Program-made: the position numbers and the translations under genes
From: Lama glama
Taxonomy: Eukaryota
Assembly (NCBI GenBank): GCA_028534125.1
Contig: CM052818.1
Location: 22,694,001 to 22,758,000, forward strand
Length of the DNA stretch: 64,000 nucleotides
Direction of reading: 5' to 3'
Notes under the pieces: generated by a model
What the model saw: the letters and a program-made list of their open reading frames with translations, nothing else
Told to the model about the DNA's origin: nothing
The model's database searches: none
Shown here: in pieces, positions 13,001-28,000 of the stretch
How the letters are laid out: each line of letters begins with the position of its first letter
How positions within the stretch are numbered: the stretch's first letter is position 1

Positions 13001-16000
13001 CTTGAGTATTTGTATACGTGAGGCACCAAACCTCACAATAAGAGATTAAAAGACAAAAAAGTGCTCCTGCCGCAAGCTCAAACTGTGATAAAACTTACAC
13101 ATGAAGAGCTCTGATAGAAACGAAAAGAAACATGTCACAGAGACACACAGATATATGATGTAAGATTCTGAAGATAAAAATCATTTCAGGCTAGTTAGGG
13201 AACGAGATCATGCAAGAGGTGGCTAAGAATTGAAGGGTATGAATGCACCTGCAGGGGTAGAGAACTTAAAGTAAGAAATGAAAACATGAACAAAGTCATG
13301 GGGCTTTAAGATGTGATAAAAAAGTAGCTCATGTTGTCAGGAATACACTAAAGGGAATCTAAAGAAAAGAGATGGCTTAAAGAAGTGGGTTACGTAGCTC
13401 ACAGCGAAAAAAAATGTGACAATGAATATATGTATGTTCATGTATAACCGAAAAATTGTGCTCTACACTGGAATTTGACACACATTGTAAAATGACTATA
13501 ACTCAATTTTAAAAAGTTTAACTAACTAACTAAATAAATAAAAGAAGTGGGTTATGAAAATGTCACTGATGATATATTTTCTGAACAGATTTTTTTATTT
13601 GGAGGTAAGGAAAAGCCCTTGCCTTTTTAGCAGAAGAGTGACAAAACCAGAACCAAACGTCACATCTCACACTTAGCAATGAAATAATTTGCTCCACAGA
13701 CATACATGATAAAGACAGAGACATGGTATTGACAGTGACAATAGAGAGCAGAAGATGATTTAGGAATGTCAGTGACAAACAATATAGTGGGTAGATTTCA
13801 AGTCTTGAGAACTACATGGATACTGCTGGCATTAACAGAAAGAAACGACCAGAAAGAAACGGACTGAGGTAAAGACAGATGGATGATAATACAGGATGCT
13901 TTGTTTTAGGAATGTCTCACAAGGAGATATAACCATGAGCTAAGACATTCAACATTAGGTTCATTTTTAAAAACTAGTTATAAACCCAAAAGTTTGCCAA
14001 CTGCATGAAATTTGAGAAAGGAGAATGACACAATTACACTTTCCTGTATCTTCAAGCAAAACATTTTAAGTAAGATAAATAGTACTGGTAAAAAAAAGAA
14101 ATATAATAATAGTATGGTAAAAATAAATCTACATTTGAAATCTGTATTTTTAAATAACACAAAGTGAAACAATGACGGTATTTAGTATTAAGCTCCTATT
14201 ATACAGAAGAACATATGGATAAAATTGGTATTTACTTTCCAAATTCAAGTTAGTTAAATTGATAAATTTCAATCCTATCCATACATTCTACAGCATAAAA
14301 CAGAAAGAGAATTCAGTGTAAGTGTCCTAAATAAATTTGCTATAAATAATAAAACACCCCTGAATGCATTTCTACTCACACGTAAAACACAGACCATATC
14401 GTGGGATAAGAACAAAAGAATAAATACAGAAGTTTTCTATTCAGTCACTCTAGAGAATTCCCCATTTTGGAGTCATCATATAATTACATTTATATCACAG
14501 TCTGATCACTTCTTCTTGAGGAAAAACTTTCAAGAAGCTCTTGATCAAACTTACTCAGAACATGTATAACTAAATCCTCAACCAAGCTATCAGCAATCTT
14601 TAGAATGGTCTTGGGAGCTATGGGATAAGCCAGAGACTGGACCAAGATGAATTCTATGCTCTGAGGGTCATGTTCATCCCAGTCACTGCAATAACCTCAC
14701 TTTCCTCCTCCATTTATGAAAATCTGGGCAATTCCGATCTGCTGGAATCCCAGTCAGCCTGTGAAGATCTCCCTAATCTGTTAATTCCTATAAAATGTAC
14801 TTACCAACTAATTACATGACTATGTACAGCATCCTAATCTTTACTTCATATGTTCCTCTTCATAATTTTGAAGAAATGTAGATTCAGCAATGATTTTAAA
14901 TGTGTTAGCCGTAACCCTTCAGCTACATTTCAAGATTTCTAGAAAATAATGACAAACTACTTCTTCAGTAGTAGAAGTCCCCTAACAGCACATGACACTG
15001 TTTAAAGACTGAAGAACTAAGGCTGTATGAGCTGTCATTCTACAGATTCTTTACTGGACAACTAGAAATATTCTTTGTTGTAAATACAATTCATTTTCTT
15101 CGCAACAACCATCAGAATACTACACTTTTTGTGTTATACTTAATTCAGAAACATACAAAGATGCTATTTATCACCATTTGTATTAATGTTCTGAAAGTTC
15201 TGGGCAATGTTTTACGTTATGCATCAAAGGAATAACAGTAGAGACAAATACTGTTGATAGCACTTATATGTAGAATCTTAAAAATCCAAACTCATAAAAA
15301 CAGAGTAGAATGGTGGTTACCAGGGCCTGGAGGGTGGGGAGAATAGGGAGATGTAGTTCAAGGTTACAAACTTACAACCTATATAGGTAAATAAGTTCTG
15401 GAGATCTAATACACAGCATAGTGATTACAGACTGTTATTATAAACTTCAAACTTGATAAGAAACTAGATCTTAATTGTTCCCACCACAAAAAAGAAATAA
15501 TTATACGACATGATAGAAGTATTAGCTAATGCTATGGTGGTAATCAAACTGCATTACATAAATGTATCAAATCAACAAATTAAACTTACACAGTGTTATA
15601 TGATAATTATATCTCAATAAATTAAAAAAAGTAAATTACTAGAAAGGCACAATTAAAATAAATATATAAAACTTAATGGCATTCCACCAAAGAGAAATAA
15701 ACAAAAAATTTGAAAAAAATCATTCATTGTGGCAACAAAAATAAAAAATACTATGAAATAAAATTGGAAGAATGTTTATATAAAGAAATTACAAAACTTT
15801 CAGAGAATATAAGATGACTTGAAAAAAGAAGGTTTTAAAATCTTAAGGGTATAATTTTTGTACAAGTAGTTTAATAAATTTAACAAAATTTAGTTTTGAA
15901 AGTCAAATAATTCAAATATTAATCTCTATAAATCTAAGCATACAATTCTTAAAAGAATAATTACCTTTCCCTAGAAGGCAAACTGCTCTGGGTTAAGAAT

Positions 16001-19000
16001 TACTGTTCTTACATGGTTGCAACCAATACCTGCTTACATTAACTTATCATAATCTGATGTTTTTAAGTTAATTAATAGTCACCATATTGTAGAAAACACA
16101 TTCTGCAAAATTATACACTTAAAAACAATAAGGGTTATGGAAAAAATAAGACAGAACTTTTAAAACCTATGAACTTGGTAATAAGAACACACACACACAG
16201 AGCACAACAATCATAATAAAAATACCAACACAGTTAAATCTCCACTGACATTTACACCAAGTACAAAGGTCAGTCAATCCTTTATCTCCTTAAACCCTGA
16301 TCTCATGCTTCCTCCACTGAGATGTAGGTCATTGTGTACAGTTTCAACAAAATTAAAAATAGAATATAGTGTGCAGGGTTTTTTTTTAAAACACTGAGGA
16401 AAATATTTTTCATCCTTTCATTTGTAACTCTAATATGCCCCATATAGTTTTAACACAGTCAAAGTGCCACAGATTTTGAGGCCACTACCTCCACTGGAGG
16501 AAAGCACTTCTGTAGAATTGCCTCCTTTTTTTTTTTTTCCTGTAAACACTCTTCATCTGTGATAATAACTGCTTAGAAAAGTCTCAGATGAACTGACGTA
16601 ATTTCCACACTACACTGACATCTTTCTATCTATTGACTGCATGTGAAGTAATTCAAGTTTAGAGCATGTACTGTAGCCAAAGGGACTACTAATTGAATTC
16701 TTTAACTTTCAAAGACAGATGCATCCTAAATTCCCAACTACAGACAAGTGTTACTTAATTAGTAACAGTAGACAGTGGTGGCCAGGGGAGAAGCAACTGT
16801 AGTAGCTAACACTGAGCTCTGGACTCTGTGCTAAATGCTTTATAAAAATTACTTCATTTGATCATCACAACTCTATCATGTATGCACACACATCACTATT
16901 CCCTTTTTAAAGAGAAAGAAATGGGAACTTGGAGGGGTTAGTTTTCCCAATGTTACTCAGTTGAAACATAATACAGCCAGTTTTTACCCAAGACTGTGAA
17001 TCCAAAGTTATTTTAGTTTAATAATTTAATGCTATTATAATACTTTAAACAGTTAACAAAGTTTAACTTAACATGTAAATGATTTATTTCTTAAAATTCC
17101 AGTGTTACAGTACAGCTAAATAATAATGTGAAACTTACTACATATGACGTCTTTTTTCTACGGAAAATTCTCTAGGTGGTTTACTCAAACTCAATAAAGA
17201 TTTAAAATCTCAAAAGAAACCTTTACCTTCCTTTGCAAACTATATGCTGAGCTTTCAAGATCTCAACAGTTTGTTACACGGTGGGCAGCCATAAACAAAA
17301 TTTAAAATTCTAAAGCCACAAAAAAGAAAAATTTTCACCAGCAAGACAAATGCCACATCGATGTCTTAGAATTCATCAGGACACGTTCACAAAGAAAGCA
17401 AGCCTGTGATATGTTCTGGCATGGAGCTGATGCTTCCACCTACTCAGGATATTAATTCAGGTTCTACAACTCATGCCAATGCAAATTGGAATCTGGCCAC
17501 TGGTCTAAACGTACCCACTCAAGAGTATCAAAAGGGTTAGTAAGCACAGACTGCATCAAGCCCTAAATATCTGTTCTTGAACATGGTGTTTTCTACTATT
17601 TAATTTCCCTAAAAACTGGTACAAGCTGCATGTATGAAAGCTTTATAATGGCAACGTCTATGTCTTTCAAGTCTGGTTTAACTGCTGGTGTACCTATTTG
17701 CCACCCTACTCCTGCTCCCCTGAAAATACACTAATTAGAGAGTAAAGACGGGTTCTTTAAATCTTTCATCTAGCTAGTTGCCTGATACAAGTGAAAAGAA
17801 ACATTCTGGATATGCTAAATGCTTTAAAGCTGAATTAAAGAGTTCAAAGTGACTTCTTCATTTGTGATGAAAACTATGGTGTTTTTCATTGTTAAAGATG
17901 AATACCTACGAATAAAGCTAACAAGTTATAAACTTAGTAAGAAATATATAAAATCACTATTAAAATAGAACAAAACAAACAAAAGCTTCCACAAGACCCA
18001 AAAGTGGCCTTGAAAGAAGAGAAAGAATTCCTTGTGTCTGGATAGGACGTTTCAAAAATCATCAAAATATCTATTCTCCCTAAATTAACTTAAAAATTAA
18101 CTGCAACTCAAAAAAAAAATAGGAAGGAAGGTTTTTTTCTTCTGGTTTTAGTCAAGCTTGGAAATAAGAGAGAAACTAGCCTTACCAAATATTAACATAC
18201 ACTTACAAAGCCGCTATAATTAAAGCAGAGTTTAACTAGAGCATGAACAGATAGACCAGTGGAATAGAACAGAAACCTCAGAAGCAGACCCACGTACTGC
18301 TCAACGCTATAAAATTAATCAGTCACTTCCCAAAGCAATACATAACATTAATACAATTTCCATCAGAATCCTAATGAAATCTGGAAAGGAAGAAAGTGAC
18401 AAATTGATAAATTTCAACAGTAAGAAAAAAAATCTATGAGAGAGACCCTCCTCGACAAAGAAATTTTTTAAGAACAAGGAGGGAAAACTTGCCCTACCAT
18501 TAAATATATAAGAGCTACATAAAATAAACTTGGATCCATCACACGATGGATCCATCACACGATGGAATACTGCATAAAACATAATTTCGTGGATCTCTCT
18601 CTACAGATTTATGTAACAAACAGTCTGGGAGAACATGTTAAATTAATAACAGCAGTTAATAGTGGGCTAGAAGGGAAGATCTGAGGGACTACTACTTTTG
18701 TTTCCAGTATAGTTGCATTTTTCTACCACAATTCATATCATTTGCAATAAAATAAACTTTCAGATTTAAAACCTGGGAAAAGAAAGGGAAAATAGTGGAG
18801 CCCCTTTGTTACACTATTGCTACAAAGGGACTTCATCACAAGCACTTCTAGCTGCAAGGTTTATTTGGAGATGTTGACTGTATTTTAAAGAGACAGCATT
18901 CTAAGAGATGCGGAGTACTGAACAGCACCCCTAGGGTTCTTTAAATCCTAAGGCTCAATAGGGTACCTCATGAGACTCAGTGGGGCTTTCTCTTCCACCT

Positions 19001-22000
19001 CATCCACAATGTGACTTCTTTTATTTAAGGTCATATGTATAATAAGAAAGGGTTCTACTGCCTAAATAAAGTTTGTAAACCACTCATCCTGAGGACTACC
19101 AGGAGAAACAATGTTAAGAGCAATTAATATTTGTTAATAAACTATAAGATCTATTACATTAATGAATATTTAGGTACATTTTCTGAATACAAAGAATACC
19201 GTTGTCAGATAACTGGTATAACTCCTCAAATGCCACAAGGTGTTAATAATTGCTTTAACCTACAAGAACCACTTCAAGGTTCTTACCCTTAGAAATTTCA
19301 AATTGTTACTGAAAAGAACTATAGAATAAATTATTTCATTTTATGTATGATTTTGTTCCTTAAATTAATTTTTAAAATTCTAAGCTAGGTAGATATGCTT
19401 TCCAAATTACAACACTCTAATCAACTTTATGTTTTCAAGGCTTAATATCACAAGTACATAATTTTTCAGATAAATGAGAACTCGCGGGTTTCCATCATAT
19501 GATTTTTCTGCCACTGGCACTTGAAACATCCCAATTTTATTACTTGGTTCAGCATTTTATCTTTACATGAACAATACTACAAAATTTCTAGGCTTTCTAT
19601 ACACCAAAGTTTATGCTCAGTGGTCAAGAGAGAACCACACCATCAACAACTCACGCAGTCCAAAATTTTAAAAATCAAATAATTAAAATAGCACCAAAGA
19701 TTACATGAACAACACAGTCCACATAGTTTGAAAAAAGTAACGATCAGAGTTCAGGGAGGAGTAACAAAGGCCTGATTGGGGGATATCGCGGGTCAAGTGC
19801 CACACACACATGAACACTAGGGACATTCCTGGCTTTTGGACTGTGCACAGAAGGACTTGCTGAACTATCTCAACAGGAGCATAAACATTTGTCAAAAACT
19901 CATTGTACTGTACACAAAAAAGGGTGAAATGTACTACATACAAATTACACCTTAATAAAAAAAACAAGGAAAAAACCCACCTGTAAATGATTACTTGGAA
20001 GACAACTGGCAATTTGAATAAAATTACAAACATGCATTTCTTATGACTTAGAAATTCCACTTCCAGGAACTTATTTTCCAGTTATATCCAGAATATAAAA
20101 TTATCCATTATTTAAAGGGTACTCATTGTAGCACTATTTATAAATTTTTTAAATGAAGTGTTTTTAAAAATAACAAATACATAGTGAACACTTAGATGCA
20201 GTGATACAAGTCTAAGATCAAACGTTAACAATTGTATAAACATCCAAAATTATTTCTGGAAGACAAGTCGACTTGCACAGATCACAATGCCAATAAATGT
20301 GATCTGTCAGCCTATAATGAACTGATTAACTACTTACAAACTATTCATAAAAACTTCTAAACACAACACAGTTGAGTGTAGATACCACATTCTGTTCTCA
20401 AAACTTAGTCATTATTGATTGACCTTTCCTGGTATTAAGTTCACTAAAATGAAGACATATGCAGCCTGGTATTATTCACAGGCACCCCACCTACCCACCA
20501 CTGACAATGACAACCGACCAGTGTGCCTTATGGTTCACAAACTCTATCCTGAGTTGATTTAACTTTTCTGTATACATTTCCTATGAGTAAGGCAAGGTAA
20601 AGAATGCAAATTATAAAAACCTTAAGGGAAAAGACTAATAAATTCTAAACTTCTGTATGACAAAAATTCTAAATTTTTATATAACAAAAATAAATGAGTT
20701 AAATTTAAAATCATTATTAACTTTTTAAAAATGAAGAGGCAGTATGTGCAATACTTGAAGACAAAGGACAAATACTTCGTTTATTAAAGATAAACAAAGT
20801 ATTCTTGTCAACACCTATACAGATAAATAAGCAAATAGAAAATATACAAGGAATTTACAGAAAAACTAAAGGTAACTAAGGAGAGCATAATCTCAACTTT
20901 TAAAAGTTAACACAACAGCAGCAGCAGCAAAGAAAAACCAAAAATCCAAGACAATAATATAACAAAATGAGAGTCGGGGGACACGAGAGGGAGAAATTCC
21001 CTAATACTCTATTGGAGGCATCTGGCTCTCTCACACAAAAATTAATATAGGGTCCTAGAAAAGGAAATTATGGTACATCCATGCAGACTTAAGAACTATT
21101 AGTCACCAAAAAAAATAAAATCACTCTACTAATGGGGAAAGATGCTAAAGATACACGACCAATTGAAAGCAGCAGCTGCAGAATAACATATGCAACCTGG
21201 AACTGCACAAAGACTGAAAGGATTATGAGCCAGAGCATGTACCAAAAACAATACCCTAGAGGGAGGGTATAGCTCAAGGGGTAGAGCGCATGCTTACCAT
21301 ACACAAGGTCCTGGGTTTAATCCCCAGTACCACCTCTAAAAATAAATAAATAAGTACTAACTACACCCCTCCCAAAATTAAATCACCTATTATTCTTTCA
21401 TCTTTGTGTAAAATCTACACTTCCAAAAAAGCACAAAAACAATACCCTAAATAATAATAGTAATTAAATGGGGGTTTGGAATGAAGGCAAGGGGATGGTG
21501 TTTGTTTTCTATATTACACATTTCTGTATTTTGTGTTTCATTTTTTAACAGTAAGAATGTTTCACTTTTGAAATCAGAAAATAAAGGTTTTAAGTATACA
21601 GTTAGGGCAGGAGAAGGAAAAATTAAGTCTTGCTAGGAAGACCTGTTCTTAAAATGCAAAGCTTTGAATCTCTCTGGTATATAAACTATTCAGACCAGCC
21701 AACATCCCCAACAAAACCTAACTGTTCACCAGATTCCATGGCTACCTCAGAATGATGACAGGAGGGCATTCAGGATCCCAAGGCATGAGCATGTCACAAG
21801 TTCAACAGCACTAAAACATTCTTAAAGATGTATTTGAAAGAAAAATACAGCTAGAAAACTCACAAAATTATAAAGTCAAAAAAGAATAACTGATCAAATA
21901 AATTACTTTTCATTGCTGTTTGCTATATGTCTAAAATTGGAAGAGGCCCTAACTTTTAAACTTTAGCCTGAAAGTTGCTTCTTCCATATGAAGAAAATAA

Positions 22001-25000
22001 TATTTGAGTTTTAAAGTACCTTTGTTTTCATAGGACTTGAAAACCCAAAGAAAAACATACCTTCTAAGAGCATTTCCGGAATGTCTGCTTGATATCTAGG
22101 TCCCACTCTGATTTCACCTTTGTCAGCTAATAGTGTTTTCACTGAGGGGTCATAGACCAATGAGTAGAAAAAGGTATCCTGGGGAAAAAAGACAAAAAAT
22201 ATCTAGGTACATGTAATTCCTTCTACTTTTTATAAAGTAATAAATCCAGTATCACAATAATGAAACCATAAAACTTCAGAGACTATAAAACTTCATTTTG
22301 GTGAATAAATGAATAAATCTCCAAGGAGAGCAAGATGTTACTGTCATCAGATAAAACAGTACAGTATTTAAAAAAAAAGTACAGAATTAAATGAAAGCAA
22401 AACAAATAGCTTAACAATAAAGGTAGATAATGAAGTTTCATTATTATCCATTTCAGTCTAACAGAAAACCATTAACTACTCTAAAATTAAAAGTTAGCAA
22501 AGTTAAGCAAAAGTCAAAGGAAGACACCTGAACTCAAGAAATTTAAAGCTGTAAAGCCCACACTAAACAGTAAAGATGCCTCCACAGATACCGGGCACTC
22601 TCAGTTTTGAAGTGTTTCTGTCCCACATTTTATCAAAAATACTAAAATGCACATACATCTCACATTATATAAATTATAGAGGAGCTTAGTTTATATGCAG
22701 TTTACTAATATGTTACATTGTATACAATTTAATTAAATATCTATAAGTACAACTTTGCAGTTCTTTAAATTCTGAAACACTCCTATGTATATGTAGATAA
22801 GCATATAAACATAACTGTATACATGCTACCACCACTAGCACACCCACCTAACTTTCCATGGTCCCTTAAGAGCAAACACCCTAGTTACTGTGTCTAATGG
22901 GCAAAATGACCTATAGCCACCAGTCCTTGGCTGGATTCTGCATTACCACTGGAGGTCATCTGAACCAGCAAAGTCTTGCCCCTTCTTCCCACTGTGGTTC
23001 TGAGGGTCATCTACTGCATGACTGTATTACATCCTGGAAGAGCCTAATCCTACCAACAGCAGACTGATAAAGGACTACATGGTTAAAAAGCAAGTGAGTA
23101 GGAAAAAAAATCCTACAGACCTTTGCAAATTTTCATCTACTACAGTGCTTAGCATATACAAATTGCTAACAAATTATAAAGCAAAAATATCACCTTTTAA
23201 AAAAAGATCCACTCTCAACAACCAAATACAATAAAATATACTGAAATATGTTGAATATTTCCTTTCTATTTCCGCTTCTGTGAACAAAAGCTAATTTCTG
23301 AGCATAATCATTTGCCATATTATTATCCATCATTCTGTTGAATCGACAACAAACCCTACTTTCTTTTCTAAATTTCATGCGTATAAGTTATAAAGACTAT
23401 TAACCTTTTTCTCCCTTGAATATTTATTTTCCCTTTCATTTTCATTATTAGGTTTTCATGTGGATAGTAGTTCTACATGTTTGTACCAATCTTCTTCTGT
23501 AATGTTTTCTTCGAGATAAAGGAACAGCACTTTTGAGCACAATAAAATACTTTTTAAAAAGAAAATATGTCCCTTTAATTCTTAAAAAAAATACATGTAA
23601 TAAAACTTTTTGGAAACTTTTACCATGAAACCATAAAGGTTAAACACTGAAATATTATCTTTTTTTTTTTTAATGGAGGTACTGGGGATTGAACCCAGGA
23701 CCTCGTGCATGCTCTACCACTGAGCTATACTCTCCCCCAACACTGAAATATTATTAATAGTAAAATATTTTCCCCACGATACAAACAATAAAAATCACAA
23801 AAAACTGCAAAATATGGAATACTCTGTTTACAAGAATTTCCTCCCTTCAATAAAGTACATGCTCTAATTCAACTTGTTAAAAATGTTTAAAAAGTTTCTT
23901 GTTGAAGTTTACAGAAAGAAGTATTCTTAGTTGACAAAGTTTATTATGATTCCAGGAAAGAAAGCAGACCACCAATGGTAGAATCTCATCTGGAAAGAGT
24001 CTAAAAGAAAAGCTATTTATTTAAAAAGAGAAAAAAAAAAAAGAAAGAAACAAAACATAGGGAGAAAGACAAAGTATACATAAGTCACTTATCTCATAAA
24101 GCCAAAAATATTTCTTCTACTGGTAACTAAATCATGTGCTATACTTTATAAGCCTTTCAAGTACCAAGTGAGACAGACACAGGAGTTTTTGCCAACTCTT
24201 AGTTAACCAGAAAAATTAAATTACTCGAATGTAACTTAGTCATAATACTTTTACCATAATACTGCTATCACTGTGCAAAATTTGGTAGAAGAAACAATTT
24301 AAATTTATGGACTTCACGTAAAATAGAAAACAAAAACACTAACATACATATAATTATGAATTACCTCTTTATCTAGATACGACAATACTGACTCTGTCTC
24401 ATTCAGAAGGGCAACACTGCATTTCCCCCTGTTGAAAGAGAAAAAAAGGAATAAATGTAAAAAAGACCTCCTCACCTTCACAGTGATAATGCCTACAAAA
24501 GTTAGGAACATTCGAAATGTAAAGCTCCCATTAAGAAACCAGATGGTGGTTAGGAACATTTATATATGTATATATTTAGACTCACTTTACAATCCTGACA
24601 TTGTGTAACCTAAAAAATAAAACTATCTTTGTAGACATTTATTGAGAGGCTAACCTGGGGAGGGAACAATGTTAGGCAGTAAATTCTTTTAACATAAAAC
24701 ACTTTATAGGTAATTTCCTTATTTTCCAAGAAAGCAGAGTACAATGCAACCTTTAGATAAAGAGTCAGTTTCTGATTCTGTAAAGAATTAATATAAGATA
24801 ATTTTATACAAGGGTCCCTCAAAGATATCACCACGCAAATTTGCCTAAAATAATCTTCAGATTTTTTAAGTAGCCACTGCATATGAGAACCTAAAAATAA
24901 TACACATTCACATCTGGACTATCTTTATTGAAACTGCTCTAAGGAGTAGTTAAAATTTAAACACAAGGACTTCTATAGAGCAAGGGGCAAATAAAGACTG

Positions 25001-28000
25001 ACAGATTCAAGGACCTTGAAGTCTGATGGCATTTACCTTTGGTCATAGCTGAGTGTGAGTTCAAAAATAAAATGTCTATTAAAAAAGACCTGTCTACACT
25101 TGAGAAAAATTAAGATTATCCAAGTAGTGATATTTATTACAAACATTTTTTAAATTACTCTCAGCAGCTTGAAAAATTCAGAACAGCTACAAATTTGAAA
25201 CGAGAATTCTGACAGGCTATTCAAGTTACAGATATTGGTCACAAAATATTTTTTAATGTTATAATGTCATTTGATTTTCTAAACAAATGTCACAACTTGC
25301 TCTCCACAAAATAACATACAAGAACAAATACATCACATACACATTAAACAGGAAGCTAGAAGGGCTTTGTTGGATTATCAGAGTGAAATATGATTCAAAA
25401 GAAAAAATTACCAAAAGCAAGATAAAATAGCAAAAGTAAAATATTAATACATAGGTCAAAAATTATAGCTTACAAAATACTTTTGCAATTGTATATTCAT
25501 TAAATAAAAAAGAATTCCTCTAATCAAAACATCTTTCTCTGTTAATCATCCCAGGTTAATATTGCTTCAAAAGGTTTCTCTGAGAGCATATGGTATTTCT
25601 GTATTATCCTGTCAAATCTCTAATTTGGTTACCAAGAGTTATAAAGGTTTTCTGTTTTTCTAATATATTTTTTCATGCATATTACTGAAGCAGAAAAATT
25701 AACATCATTACTTCAGTACATATAACACTCAAAGTCAATAATCATCTGACATGCTCTTACAAAGGACAGATTTAGAGTAGGGAAATTGCTCTGTTGCTGT
25801 TAGCACAACTACAGCTGCCATAGAACTTCTATGACCTGTGAATATGTGCTCACACATGCAAGAGCACTTAAGTAATAAATGGGATTTCCAAAAACAGTTT
25901 CACTTACTTTTTTTGCCCCAGTAACAGTTGAAAAAGCAGTATTTCTAACATTTAATACTTAATCGTCTAGAAAAAAAATCTTTTTTTTTAAGTTCTCCAA
26001 AATCAGAGGTTTTTTTAAATGGGGGGGGTAGGGAGAGCAGAAGCTACTAAATGTTATTAATAGATACCACTTAAATTTTATGGGATAACAGACACTGAAA
26101 ATTTATATAAACAATATAACATGAAGTCACCTCCATACTGTCTGAAATGACAAAAGAATTTAAATTGAATCACTAAACCACTATTTTCACAATTATATTA
26201 GGAGACAAAGAAATATTGATTATACTGTTTTTAGAGGCACAACATGATTACAAAACCAATAGAAGGATATCTCACCAATCTAAAATATAAATTATTTTTG
26301 GAAGTGTAGATTTTACACCAAGATGGAAGAATAACAGGTGATCTAACTTTTAAACTCTTTAATGTAGCTATAGTGCATTTTTTCCCAAATTAAAAATGAA
26401 AATCTGACACTTAAATTTTCATGTACATACATTAACAGCTAACAGAGTAAGAGGTTGAGTCAGAATTATTTTATGAAGTAAATATGAATATATAATTAAC
26501 ACATGTACAACCATGCCAAACGTTGTTGATAAAAGAAGTTTAAAAAGAGATTTAAAGTGTTGGCTTCCTTTATGCTGAACAAATCTTGGCTCATAGGAAA
26601 AAACATGATACATTTCTAACCACAAACTAAAGGAACCATTATCAAATTGTGAATATAGATAACCCAATTGTTTTATCCTGAACCTCAAGCAATGTACCTA
26701 ATTATGTCTCCTCCACAGAAATTTAAATCTTTAGGAATGAAGACATCCAAACATAATGATATAAAACATATCAAAGACCACACAACATTCAGAAAGATCA
26801 CTCCAGGTCCATATAATCATTCATACTGCTTTTCTATACAGAATCACACAGAAGCACAGAATTTCTACAGAGATAACATATTTTCCTACCGATCATTCAA
26901 AGAGTTTTTAAAAACATACTGTTTCCAGCTTGGAAACTGTGCAGAGGGCTGGAACAGAGAGAAATGTGAATAAATACAATAATACAACATGGTCCAGTGT
27001 TTAATAGCAGGTGCTGATCAGCCTGGAATCTATTTGCTTAATAAGATGTCCAATATAATCCCTACAAACTCAAAAACCTTACGTAAAAATGTATACACAG
27101 GTTATTTTTCCTTTTATCTAAAAATGTTACCTATTGTACGAATAAAACATGAAAAAATTTAAATTAGCATCCATTTCCGCACTACCTGATGACTTTCCTG
27201 CACTTTGATACAACTGAAGCTGATAGAATGGTTCAAGACGACCATTCCTGCTTGGAAAAATGAAAATTTATTAGTGCCACACCAGACTTATTGGACTTTA
27301 AACTTTCCCTGCTCAATGAAAACCATTATTTCTTCATTAAAAAAAGCATTTCTCCATTAAAAGAAAAATGAAATCTTGCCATTTGTGACAACATGGATGG
27401 ATCTAGAGGGAGATATGCTAAGTGAAATAAGTCAAAGAAAGACAAATACCGTATGATCTTACTTATACATGGAACCTAAAAAAATAAAACAAAACAAATG
27501 GAAAACAGACTCATAGGTACAGAAAACAAATGGGTGGTTGCCAGAGGGAAGGGGGAGGGGGTGTGCATACAAACAGATGAAGGGGATAAAGAGGTATAAA
27601 CAACCAGTTAGAAAATAAATAAGCCATGGGGATGTAATATACAGCATAAGGAATACGGTCAATAATATTGTAGTAACTTTGTACAGGGACAGATGGTTAC
27701 TACACTTATTGTGGTAATCATTTCATAATGTATGCAAACATCAAATCACTATGTAGTAGACCTGAAACTAACATAATGTTGTATGTCAAGTATATTTCAA
27801 GTGAAAAAAAAAATCTTTTTTAGTTGCCAGGAAGGGGTAAAAAGGACACAACATTCTTAGCCATTAGGAAAACGCAAAATCAAAACTACAGTGAGATAAC
27901 ACTTCACATACAGACAATAACAAGTGTTGACAAGGATGTGGAGAAACTGGAACCCTAATACTTTGCTAGTGAGGATGTAAAATGGTGCACCTACTTTGGA

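Noticed and set aside
14701..14938. Cryptic minus-strand exons around the TG|gtaagt donor at 14804-14803
   Set aside because: Candidate acceptors have short pyrimidine tracts and there is no MTA3-like coding; such sites are expected by chance.
21259..21335. Functional tRNA gene (also at the other SINE copies)
   Set aside because: A/B boxes are followed by a SINE tail and flanked by TSDs; these are tRNA-derived SINEs.
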